Made by a program: the position numbers and the translations under genes. This document shows, piece by piece, positions 1 through 8,491 of a stretch of DNA of 53,874 nucleotides. The DNA lies in IMG/VR virus record IMGVR_UViG_3300031787_000162, positions 1-53,874 of that record, one strand, 5' to 3'. The notes beneath the pieces are model-generated. The model saw only the letters and a program-made list of their open reading frames with translations, searched no databases and was not told the DNA's origin. The first letter of the stretch is position 1; every line of letters begins with the position of its first letter. Origin of the DNA: a virus. Its lineage: Duplodnaviria; Caudoviricetes.

Positions 1-134
1 GGGGGTTTTTTCGTTTCCCTCTAATGGGGGATGATACCCCCAAAAACCGGCGGTGGTGAAAAAAAAATAAGCACCCTCTATAACAATTGGCCGTTTTCTT
101 TTATGTTTGAAATAATTATGTTGTATCTAGATAT

Positions 135-1397
135 TTAGTTCCAATGAATATAATGTCTCAAATCTTTTTCATACTTATGTACTAAATTTAAATTGCTATC
201 TATTCCATAGATTATATATTTCATTGGTGTGTTGTCGCTATTACATAGTATATTAATACTATCATTATTAAAAATATGAGATCCACACATTTGAGAATAA
301 ATAATTTTTCTATGTAAACTAATTAAATCTAGCTTCACCAAACTAATTGCATCTATTTTTTTTATAAAAACTTCTTTATCAAATTCATTAATTTTGATTG
401 GTATTATTTTTCTAAAACCATTGTTCCACTCTATTTCAGAATCATAACTCACTGGTGGCTCTACTCCATGAATAGCACTTTGCTGTATTCTACGATTTTT
501 AAAATCAAATCCCCCATATTTTTCATAGTCCTGTATGGTTCTTTGATTCCCCAATCCATATATACCAAGATCTATACCATAGTCTTCTTCGCCTAGCAAT
601 TGTCGTATTCTTTTTTTACTTTCAATATCTCTTTCATTCCATGTTTTTTCTATTATTCCTTGTTCTTTATGAGCACTGTTATGATCGCCCCAATGCTTAA
701 TACTATTATTTCGTCCATAATAATGCCACACCAAATTAATATTAGGATGATATAAATCATAACCCATAGTAAAAGAACGCGCACTTAAAGCTATCTCATC
801 TCCTGCAAAATATAAGTTTGGATCATAGATATATTCTTTACAATGTAAACCAGTAGTAAAAAAATAATGACCGCTAACAAATCGTGCTCTAATTGGTCTC
901 TTAAGTTCTTCATCATTTGTTATTTGCATAGGATTAAACCATATAGTACCACTACTTTTAAAGTCTATTGGTAATATTTTGCATGGTTGATAGTTTAGAA
1001 TCTCGTTTGTATTAGCATCATACGAAGCAGCATATGATGTTAGTAGTGGTTTTTGAGATATTGGTAATAGAGAACTATACATCTTAATTAATTCTTCATC
1101 CCAATTTTGAGCAAATCTATGATGACTATCTAACTGAAGAGTAAAATCTTCATTCTCATATAAACTTTGAGTTAAGCTTCTGGCCCATCCTAGACCTTTA
1201 CTATTTTGCCAATCACAATCAATAATTCTAACATTTGATTGGTGAGCAAATTCGTCTATAGATTCTGTTTCATCTTTTTGCCACACTATTCCAAAAGTTA
1301 GTTGATGATTTTTGCTACTTTTATCAACTATATCTCTTAGTGTGGGTAATAATTCTCTATCTCTATAACTAGCTATTTGTATAAATATGCTACTCAT
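135..1397 (-). CDS. GT60-like (Skp1/polypeptide alpha-GlcNAc transferase family) glycosyltransferase
   Basis: N-terminal IFIQIASYRDxEL, G-x-G-x-AR (KGLGWARS), LQLDSHHRF (DxH metal motif) and YFAGDEIALSARSFTMGYDLYHP match the GT-A 'GlcNAc' family of Dictyostelium Gnt1-like enzymes. Confidence 0.85.
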   Translation of the reverse strand: MSSIFIQIASYRDRELLPTLRDIVDKSSKNHQLTFGIVWQKDETESIDEFAHQSNVRIIDCDWQNSKGLGWARSLTQSLYENEDFTLQLDSHHRFAQNWDEELIKMYSSLLPISQKPLLTSYAASYDANTNEILNYQPCKILPIDFKSSGTIWFNPMQITNDEELKRPIRARFVSGHYFFTTGLHCKEYIYDPNLYFAGDEIALSARSFTMGYDLYHPNINLVWHYYGRNNSIKHWGDHNSAHKEQGIIEKTWNERDIESKKRIRQLLGEEDYGIDLGIYGLGNQRTIQDYEKYGGFDFKNRRIQQSAIHGVEPPVSYDSEIEWNNGFRKIIPIKINEFDKEVFIKKIDAISLVKLDLISLHRKIIYSQMCGSHIFNNDSINILCNSDNTPMKYIIYGIDSNLNLVHKYEKDLRHYIHWN

Positions 1398-1406
1398 AAA
1401 ATAAAG

Positions 1407-1440
1407 TGGCCAAAGCTACCACTAATGATAGCTTTGACCA
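1407..1440 (-). terminator. Rho-independent terminator after the 70-aa ORF
   Basis: Minus strand TGGTCAAAGCTATCA-TTAG-TGGTAGCTTTGGCCA (15-bp stem with G-U pairs) followed by CTTTATTTT. Confidence 0.7.
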
Positions 1441-1449
1441 AAATATTGT

Positions 1450-1662
1450 TTAGTTATTAGTTGTGGCCTCAGTATTTTTACGTGGGCGACCTCGTTTTTT
1501 AGCTATGCCACTCTTTCGTCTTTGTCTGCGTACCATGCTTTGACTAACAATTTGACCAGTTATTTCTGTTAATTTAGCCGCAATATCTTTATCTAGCATT
1601 TCTTGATGATCTAGAATAAACTGAATATCTGTTTGGTTCCATTTTTTATATGTTTTGGTCAT
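1450..1662 (-). CDS. Small HTH DNA-binding protein with a C-terminal AT-hook
   Basis: KKWNQTDIQFI...DKDIAAKL..SQSMVRRQR is HTH-like; KKRGRPRK is an AT-hook core. Confidence 0.6.
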   Translation of the reverse strand: MTKTYKKWNQTDIQFILDHQEMLDKDIAAKLTEITGQIVSQSMVRRQRRKSGIAKKRGRPRKNTEATTNN

Positions 1663-1708
1663 AATTTCACCATTATCCTTTGCTTAGTGTAAAAAGTAAC
1701 TATAATAT

Positions 1709-1736
1709 ATTGTAAGCCATAATTTAAATAAGGCAA
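1709..1736 (-). promoter_or_regulatory. Putative sigma70-type promoter for the leftward genes
   Basis: Minus strand TTGCCT-N16-TACAAT in the divergent intergenic region. Confidence 0.35.
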
Positions 1737-1744
1737 GGTGAAAA

Positions 1745-1900
1745 ATGACTAATTCCAATAATTGTCCAATTTTTATAGATTCTACACTTAAGATAGTTGC
1801 TAGTGAGGATCTAAATATTCATCAAGATCTAGAGAATGAACAAGTAAATTTACCAATAGAAGAATTATTACATAATCAAGAACATGCGAAAAAAGAATGA
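1745..1900 (+). CDS. 51-aa acidic hypothetical protein (absent from the ORF track)
   Basis: ATG at 1745 after AAGGTG; MTNSNNCPIFIDSTLKIVASEDLNIHQDLENEQVNLPIEELLHNQEHAKKE*; overlaps the start of the sigma-like gene. Confidence 0.5.
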   Translation: MTNSNNCPIFIDSTLKIVASEDLNIHQDLENEQVNLPIEELLHNQEHAKKE

Positions 1901-2522
1901 CATTTTTAAAAGAAAAAAAATCAAAGAAGAAGATTTTTTAAAAGTTCTAGACACTATTAGCAAAAAATTAATATATAAATTTAAATTTGGATATCATGAT
2001 ATAGAGGATATGAAGCAACAAGCTGCTATTTTTGCTCTAGAAGGTTTAGAAAATTACGATAATAGTCGCCCACTAGAGAATTTCTTGTGGACCCACGTAC
2101 ATAATCGTTTATTTAATTTTAAAAGAGACAAATATTTTCGCCCAGATAATGTTTGTGTTACCTGTCCCTTTTATGATCCTAAAAATCTGAAATCAGATAA
2201 TCAGTGCGCCAAATTTAAAAATAAAAATGATTGTGATATTTATTCACAATGGCAAACCCGTAATCAAATTAAAAAAAATCTCATGCAACCCGTGCATATT
2301 GAAAATGATAACTCTACCTCACACACATCCACAGACTTCACCAATTTATTATCTAACGTAGAAATTTTATCCTTAATAGAAAATAATCTATCAATTCAAT
2401 ATAGAGAAACATACTTAAGACTAAAGGGCGGTGGTAAAGTAAACAAACAAGATTTACTCAAACTAAGAGATCATATATCACATATTCTGCACAATTTTAA
2501 TATAAATATGGATAATTTATGA
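1884..2522 (+). CDS. Phage sigma70-like transcription factor with a Cys-rich insertion
   Basis: Region-2-like DIEDMKQQAAIFALEGLENYDNSRPLENFLWTHVHNRLFNFKR, then CVTCPFY...C...C; region 4 not canonical. Confidence 0.65.
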   Translation: MRKKNDIFKRKKIKEEDFLKVLDTISKKLIYKFKFGYHDIEDMKQQAAIFALEGLENYDNSRPLENFLWTHVHNRLFNFKRDKYFRPDNVCVTCPFYDPKNLKSDNQCAKFKNKNDCDIYSQWQTRNQIKKNLMQPVHIENDNSTSHTSTDFTNLLSNVEILSLIENNLSIQYRETYLRLKGGGKVNKQDLLKLRDHISHILHNFNINMDNL

Positions 2523-3334
2523 GTAGTAAAAAACGTGGCCAACTTAGTTTAGATGAAGAAAAATTTATTAGAGATAATATTAATACTTTATCTATACAGC
2601 AAATAGCCGATAAAATTAATCGTAATTTAGCTCCGGTACAAAGATATATTACAGAAAATAGACTTCTAGAAGATAGTGAAGTTTTAAATGATGAAACATA
2701 TCTTAAGCATAAATTACATAGTAAAACATTTTGGCAAGAAATTAAAAAACAATTTGATAATGATAGTGGAGAATTAGAATATTTTGAAAGCATATGGATT
2801 AATCTTATTCGTCAATTTAGAGAAGACGTATTACCAGCGGAGGAACTTCAAATCAAACAATTTATTACTATTGATATTCTTATTAATCGTAGCATGAAAG
2901 AACGCAAAAGACACATTTCAGAAACGGAAAAATTACAAAAAGAAGTAGATAAAATTTATGCATTACCAGAAGATCAAAGAGATATACCAAGACTAACTAA
3001 TTTAGAAACACAATTAAGTTTTGCTCGTAATAGTATCGCTAATTATACTAATGAATATACTAAATTATTAAACGAACAACAAAAAATTAGTAAAGATCTT
3101 AAGGCCACCAGAGAACAGCGTATTAAACGAATAGAAGACGGCAAAAGTAGTTGGGTTGGATTAATACGCATGTTAGAAGATGAAGAAATTAGGGAAAAAG
3201 AGGGTCGAGAAATGGAAATTATCAGGATGGCAACTGAAAAATCAGTTCAAGGATTGGAGCAATATCATGAGTTTGCAGACAAAACTGTAGATAGACCATT
3301 CTTGACACCAGAAAGTGTGATTTTAGATTCTTAG
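2519..3334 (+). CDS. HTH plus coiled-coil protein, candidate terminase small subunit
   Basis: N-terminal HTH-like LSIQQIADKINR, long coiled coil, located upstream of TerL. Confidence 0.4.
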   Translation: MSSKKRGQLSLDEEKFIRDNINTLSIQQIADKINRNLAPVQRYITENRLLEDSEVLNDETYLKHKLHSKTFWQEIKKQFDNDSGELEYFESIWINLIRQFREDVLPAEELQIKQFITIDILINRSMKERKRHISETEKLQKEVDKIYALPEDQRDIPRLTNLETQLSFARNSIANYTNEYTKLLNEQQKISKDLKATREQRIKRIEDGKSSWVGLIRMLEDEEIREKEGREMEIIRMATEKSVQGLEQYHEFADKTVDRPFLTPESVILDS

Positions 3335-3484
3335 ATTCAGCATAAAATTTATTTTTAAGACTATTAGCAATTAGAAAAATTAAATATGAATATTATTTTA
3401 TTAGTATAAATAATTAGGCCACAGATCAAATTGCAGTAATTTGACTTGCCATTACTACTATTATTCCTACATCTGCATAATATT

Positions 3485-3748
3485 ATGTTCCGAAACTTTA
3501 AAGATCCTCAATATACTCAATGGCGTAAAAGTGTCTATCAAAGAGATAATTTTAAATGCCAATGGCCAAATTGCAATCAAAAACAAAAACTTAATGCACA
3601 CCATATAAAAAATTGGGCTAATTTTCCTGGTTTAAGATTTGTAATAGATAATGGAATTACTTTATGTAAATATCATCATGATATGATTAAAGGATTAGAA
3701 GAAACTTATGCTTCTACATTTATGAGAATTATAGCGAGCAAAAAATGA
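3485..3748 (+). CDS. HNH endonuclease (packaging-associated type)
   Basis: WRKSVYQRDNFKCQWPNC...AHHI...NGITLCKYHH; ATG at 3485 preferred over TTG at 3446. Confidence 0.85.
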   Translation: MFRNFKDPQYTQWRKSVYQRDNFKCQWPNCNQKQKLNAHHIKNWANFPGLRFVIDNGITLCKYHHDMIKGLEETYASTFMRIIASKK

Positions 3749-4221
3749 ATACAGAAGATAATTTTACCATTATAATAGATACTAGAGAACAGCACCCATG
3801 GCATTTTCCATATCACTCTAAAGCTAATCGTAAATTAGATACTGGTGATTATAGTATAGACGGCTTAGAAAATATATTATGTATTGAAAGAAAAAATGGT
3901 ATAGCAGAAATTGCAAATAATATGACAGAGCCCAGATTTAAAGATGTTATTGAGAGGATGAAAACATATAAACATGCATATATTCTTATAGAATGTAACT
4001 ATGAACAAATGATGAACTATCCAGTAGGATCAGACGTTCCTAAAAAAGCTTGGTCAAAAATTAGAATTAGTCCAGCATTTATACTAAAATTTCTTACGGA
4101 ACTTTCTGTGCATCATAATATACATGTTATTTTTTGTAGTAATCCTGAATGGGCTGAAAAAACAGCATTATCTATAATGAAGAGAGTATATAAGTTATAT
4201 GAGCCAAAAAATTCAAAATAA
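3745..4221 (+). CDS. ERCC4/XPF-Mus81-family nuclease
   Basis: IIIDTREQ...LDTGDY...CIERK is the ERCC4 DxRE / GDxnERK signature. Confidence 0.85.
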   Translation: MNTEDNFTIIIDTREQHPWHFPYHSKANRKLDTGDYSIDGLENILCIERKNGIAEIANNMTEPRFKDVIERMKTYKHAYILIECNYEQMMNYPVGSDVPKKAWSKIRISPAFILKFLTELSVHHNIHVIFCSNPEWAEKTALSIMKRVYKLYEPKNSK

Positions 4222-6241
4222 ACACGCTTTTGAAGACGCCTGGTTAAATCTTGGCGACTTGTCAAAAATTATTATACCTAAAAATCTTATGATTAATAGG
4301 GTTAAAAGCGATATTGAAAATCCAGACCTTCATTTATTAAGACTAATGAGGAATCCAAAATATTTTGGTATGACTGTTAAATTATTATTTGGTATAGAAT
4401 TACATCCAATACAGATTGCTATTTTGCAAGAATTTTGGGTTAGACCATTTCCAATGTATATAGCCAGCCGTGGCTGGGGTAAAAGTTTTCTTTTAGCCTT
4501 ATATTCAGTATTAAAATGTATATTTTTTCCAGGTACAAAAATTGTTATTGTCGGTGCTGCATTTAGACAGAGTAAATTAGTTTTTGAATATATGGAAAAC
4601 ATTTGGAGATCTAGTTCTATATTAAGAAGTATTTTTAATGGTAATGATGATGGACCAAGACGAGACGTAGACAGATGTACAATGAGATTAGGAGAAAGCT
4701 GGGCAATAGCGATTCCAATGGGCGATGGTAGTAAAATTAGAGGTTTAAGAGCACATATTATTATTGCAGACGAATTTGCCTCTATTAGTCCAGATATTTA
4801 TGAAACGGTTGTGTCGGGTTTCGCCGCTGTAAGTGCAAGCCCTATTCAAAATGTAAAAGAAGAAGCTAAGAAAAAAGCGATGAGAGATGCTGGTCTATGG
4901 AATGATGAATTAGAAACATTAGAATATAAAATGGGCAATCAGGCTATTATTAGCGGCACAGCAGATTATGCCTTTAAACATTTTGCAAGTTATTGGAGAA
5001 GATATAAGGCTATTATAGAAAGTCGTGGAGATACTAGAAAATTAGAAGAAATATTTAAAGGAGAAATACCAAGTAGTTTTAATTGGAAAGATTATAGCAT
5101 TATTCGTATTCCATATGAGCTTATTCCACTAGGATTCATGGATGATAAACAAGTTAGTAGAGCTAAAGCTACTATTCATACTGGTATATATAATATGGAA
5201 TATGCAGCATGTTTTACTGCTGATAGTGATGGTTTTTTTAAAAGAAGCCTAATAGAAAGTTGTGTAACAGATGAAGATAAAAATATTATACTGCCCAGTA
5301 GTGGTAAAATTGTTTTTGATCCAGTAATTAAAGGAGATAGTACTAAGCAGTATGTATATGGTGTAGACCCAGCATCAGAACAAGATAATTTTAGTATTGT
5401 CATTTTAGAACTACATAAAGACCATAGCAGGGTTGTTTATTGTTGGACTACTAATCGATCTAATTTTAAAGAAAGACAAAAAACAGGATTAGTACAAGAA
5501 CATGATTTCTATAGTTTCTGTGCAAGAAAAATTAGAAGTTTAATGAATTATTTTCCTCCAATAAGAATAGGTATGGATGCACAAGGTGGCGGAGTTGCTA
5601 TTGAGGAAGCATTACACGATCCACAAAATCTGTCTGATGGAGAAAAATTAATTTGGCCTATTATTAATTTTGATAAATCTAAAGATACTGATATACAGCC
5701 AGGACTACACATATTAGAACTGATTCAATTTGCTAGAGCGGAATGGACAGCTCAAGCGAATCATGGATTACGCAAAGACTTAGAGGATAAAGCATTACTT
5801 TTTCCAAGATTTGATAATCTTACACTCGGACTAACATTGGAAATGGAAGGTAAAGATATTTTAAATACAGATTTAACTAATCCTTTATACGATAGTTTAA
5901 GCGAATGTATTTTAGAAATCGAAGAACTAAAAAACGAATTAACTACCATAGTAATGACTCATACAAGCGGAGCTTCTGGTTCTAGAGACAGATGGGACAC
6001 TCCAGAAGTTAAAACCGCAAATGGCAAAAAGGGTAGATTAAGAAAAGACCGATATAGTGCTTTAGTTATAGCCAATATGTTAGCTAGACAAATGAATAGG
6101 ACTTTATCTGGTCCAGAATATAATTTAATTGGTGGAACTACCAAAGATGTTGGTAAAATAACTGGTCAACTTTATAAAGGGCCAGAATGGTTTACGTCTG
6201 CTGCTAATGAAGAAGGTATATATGGTGGCATATATAGATAA
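4199..6241 (+). CDS. terL: Terminase large subunit
   Basis: Walker A ASRGWGKS, RGLRAHIIIADE Walker B, MEYAACF linker, RNase H-like YGVDPA, C-terminal KDRYSAL. Confidence 0.92.
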   Translation: MSQKIQNKHAFEDAWLNLGDLSKIIIPKNLMINRVKSDIENPDLHLLRLMRNPKYFGMTVKLLFGIELHPIQIAILQEFWVRPFPMYIASRGWGKSFLLALYSVLKCIFFPGTKIVIVGAAFRQSKLVFEYMENIWRSSSILRSIFNGNDDGPRRDVDRCTMRLGESWAIAIPMGDGSKIRGLRAHIIIADEFASISPDIYETVVSGFAAVSASPIQNVKEEAKKKAMRDAGLWNDELETLEYKMGNQAIISGTADYAFKHFASYWRRYKAIIESRGDTRKLEEIFKGEIPSSFNWKDYSIIRIPYELIPLGFMDDKQVSRAKATIHTGIYNMEYAACFTADSDGFFKRSLIESCVTDEDKNIILPSSGKIVFDPVIKGDSTKQYVYGVDPASEQDNFSIVILELHKDHSRVVYCWTTNRSNFKERQKTGLVQEHDFYSFCARKIRSLMNYFPPIRIGMDAQGGGVAIEEALHDPQNLSDGEKLIWPIINFDKSKDTDIQPGLHILELIQFARAEWTAQANHGLRKDLEDKALLFPRFDNLTLGLTLEMEGKDILNTDLTNPLYDSLSECILEIEELKNELTTIVMTHTSGASGSRDRWDTPEVKTANGKKGRLRKDRYSALVIANMLARQMNRTLSGPEYNLIGGTTKDVGKITGQLYKGPEWFTSAANEEGIYGGIYR

Positions 6242-6245
6242 TATT

Positions 6246-6257
6246 GGTGTATTATCA
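6246..6257 (+). promoter_or_regulatory. Putative late promoter motif GGTGTAW-N3-YA upstream of the portal gene
   Basis: GGTGTATTATCA, 55 nt before portal ATG 6301; the same motif precedes four other structural starts. Confidence 0.55.
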
Positions 6258-6300
6258 GTTAATAGAATTACAATACAATTACAAATATATTAAAAAAAAT

Positions 6301-8472
6301 ATGGCTAAAAAATATCCAAAAAGTGACGCAATTCATGATGCTCAAATTTCAAATGAAAATGCTTATGTCACGTGGGGAGAAGACCTAAGCAGCAAAGAAA
6401 AAGCTCTACAAGAATCTTCATTATCATTATCAGAATTTAATGGTATAGAGAGATCTTCTGCAAGAAGAACCAGATTAGATTTTTCTAATTTAGATACCAA
6501 TGTTAGCGGAAGACCAGGATTAACCAAAAAAGACTATTACGCTTTTAGGCCAGAAGAGGCTATACCAAATAAGGTTAAAGAAATCATTAGATCCGCTGAT
6601 GATATTTATCAAAGAGTGGGTTTGGTTAAAAATGTTATCGATCTTATGGGAGATTTTGCTAGCCAAGGCATTAGAATTGTACATCCAAACAAAAGAATTG
6701 AAAGATTTTTTAAGGCTTGGTTTAAAAAAATTAATGCAAAGGATAGAAGTGAAAGATTTTTAAATAATATTTATCGTACTGGTAATGTTGTAATTAATAG
6801 GCAGACAGCTAAATTAAATAATAAAATTATAGATAAGATGTATAGAGCAACAGCTTCTGCTGATATTATGGATCCAGAAACTGGAGATATTGAATTAGCT
6901 AAAAAAGAAATACCATGGAGATATACATTTATAGATCCAGTTTATGTGGAAGTAATAGGTGGATCTTTATCGGCATTTTCGAATAAGAAATTTTACGGAG
7001 TAATATTGCCGTCACATATAAGAAAAGTTATTAATAATCCAAAAAATGATACGGAAAAAGAAATTATTCAACAATTACCTACTGATATAATTGAAGCAGC
7101 TAAAACCAGAAAACCATATCTATTAAATCCAGATAAAACAATTGTTTATCATTATAAAAAAGACGATTGGCAAATTTGGGCATTTCCTATGATTTATGCA
7201 ATCATGGATGATATTACTATTATTGAAAAGCTAAAATTAGCTGATATGTGCGCTTTAGATGGTGCTGTATCTAATATTAGAATCTTTAAACTTGGCAGCC
7301 TTGAACATAAAATTGCTCCAACAAAAGCAGCCGCTTCAAAACTATCCGCAATATTAAGTAATAATGTTGGTGGTGGTACAATGGATTTGGTTTGGGGTCC
7401 AGATATCGAATTATTAGAAAGTAATACTAATGTACATCAATTTCTTGGAGAAGGTAAATATATACCGCATTTAAATAGTGTATATGCTGGATTAGGTATT
7501 CCTCCAACGCTTACTGGTACATTTGGAGCTTCTGGTACTACCAATAATTTCATTAGTCTAAAAACACTAACCCAGAGACTTCAGTATGGTAGAGATGTAT
7601 TAGTTAATTTTTGGGAAAAAGAAATAGAACTAGTACAAAAATCTATGGGATTCAAATATCCTGCTAAAATAGAGTTTGATAGAATGGATCTAAGTAATGA
7701 AGATGCTGAGAAGGCATTGTTAATACAACTCGCTGATCGAAATATTATTAGTGATGAATTAATTCAAATGAAATTTGGTATAGATCCAAATATGGAAAAA
7801 TTTAGACTTAATAGAGAAAGTAGAGACAGGAATTCAGAAAGAATGGTACAAAAGGCCGGGCCATATTATGATGCTAATTTTGAGAATAATCTTAAAAAGA
7901 TAGCACTACAACTTGGTATTGCCACGCCAAGTCAAGTTGGTTTGGATCTAGAACCTAATAAACGAGGAGAAAAAAACGCTATTCAAATGAAATCAGAATT
8001 TCCACCAGCATCTAAAATTGGAACAAGTTCTGGCCCAATTGGAGTTTCTGGTCAAGGAAGACCCAAAAATAGTCGAGATAGTAAACAAAGAAAAGAAAGA
8101 GATTTTGCTCCAAGAACTGGTGCTTCTTTAGCCGTATGGGCAAATGATGCTCAAGAAAAAATTAGTCAAATATTAAATCCTATAATGTTAGAATTTTATA
8201 ATAAAGATAACTTAAGAAAATTATCGGCTAAGGAATCATTTGAGTTAGATAATCTTAAAACTAAAATTTTATTAAATACTCAACCTAATATTAATATTGA
8301 CGAAAATTATATTAATAAAACTATTTCTAGTATTGATACAGATATTATAACCCATAAACTTAATGGTTTAAATTATTGGATTAAAAATATTAGTAATGAA
8401 TTAAATAAACAACTAACAAATGAAGAAATCAAATTAATTAAATCATCATTTTATGCATCGGTGTATGAATAA
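6301..8472 (+). CDS. Portal protein
   Basis: Lies between TerL and the protease; YQRVGLVKNVIDLMGDF, late AGLGIPPTL helix pattern, C-terminal GRP tail; ATG 6301 is the likely start. Confidence 0.8.
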   Translation: MAKKYPKSDAIHDAQISNENAYVTWGEDLSSKEKALQESSLSLSEFNGIERSSARRTRLDFSNLDTNVSGRPGLTKKDYYAFRPEEAIPNKVKEIIRSADDIYQRVGLVKNVIDLMGDFASQGIRIVHPNKRIERFFKAWFKKINAKDRSERFLNNIYRTGNVVINRQTAKLNNKIIDKMYRATASADIMDPETGDIELAKKEIPWRYTFIDPVYVEVIGGSLSAFSNKKFYGVILPSHIRKVINNPKNDTEKEIIQQLPTDIIEAAKTRKPYLLNPDKTIVYHYKKDDWQIWAFPMIYAIMDDITIIEKLKLADMCALDGAVSNIRIFKLGSLEHKIAPTKAAASKLSAILSNNVGGGTMDLVWGPDIELLESNTNVHQFLGEGKYIPHLNSVYAGLGIPPTLTGTFGASGTTNNFISLKTLTQRLQYGRDVLVNFWEKEIELVQKSMGFKYPAKIEFDRMDLSNEDAEKALLIQLADRNIISDELIQMKFGIDPNMEKFRLNRESRDRNSERMVQKAGPYYDANFENNLKKIALQLGIATPSQVGLDLEPNKRGEKNAIQMKSEFPPASKIGTSSGPIGVSGQGRPKNSRDSKQRKERDFAPRTGASLAVWANDAQEKISQILNPIMLEFYNKDNLRKLSAKESFELDNLKTKILLNTQPNINIDENYINKTISSIDTDIITHKLNGLNYWIKNISNELNKQLTNEEIKLIKSSFYASVYE
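8460..8471 (+). promoter_or_regulatory. Putative late promoter motif upstream of the protease gene
   Basis: GGTGTATGAATA followed by SD AAAGAGG and ATG 8492. Confidence 0.55.
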
Positions 8473-8491
8473 TTATTAAAGAGGTATAAAT

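Noticed and set aside
3405-3412. T4-type late promoter TATAAATA (also at 8485)
   Set aside because: An all-AT octamer is expected by chance in this genome and does not consistently precede the structural genes, unlike GGTGTA.
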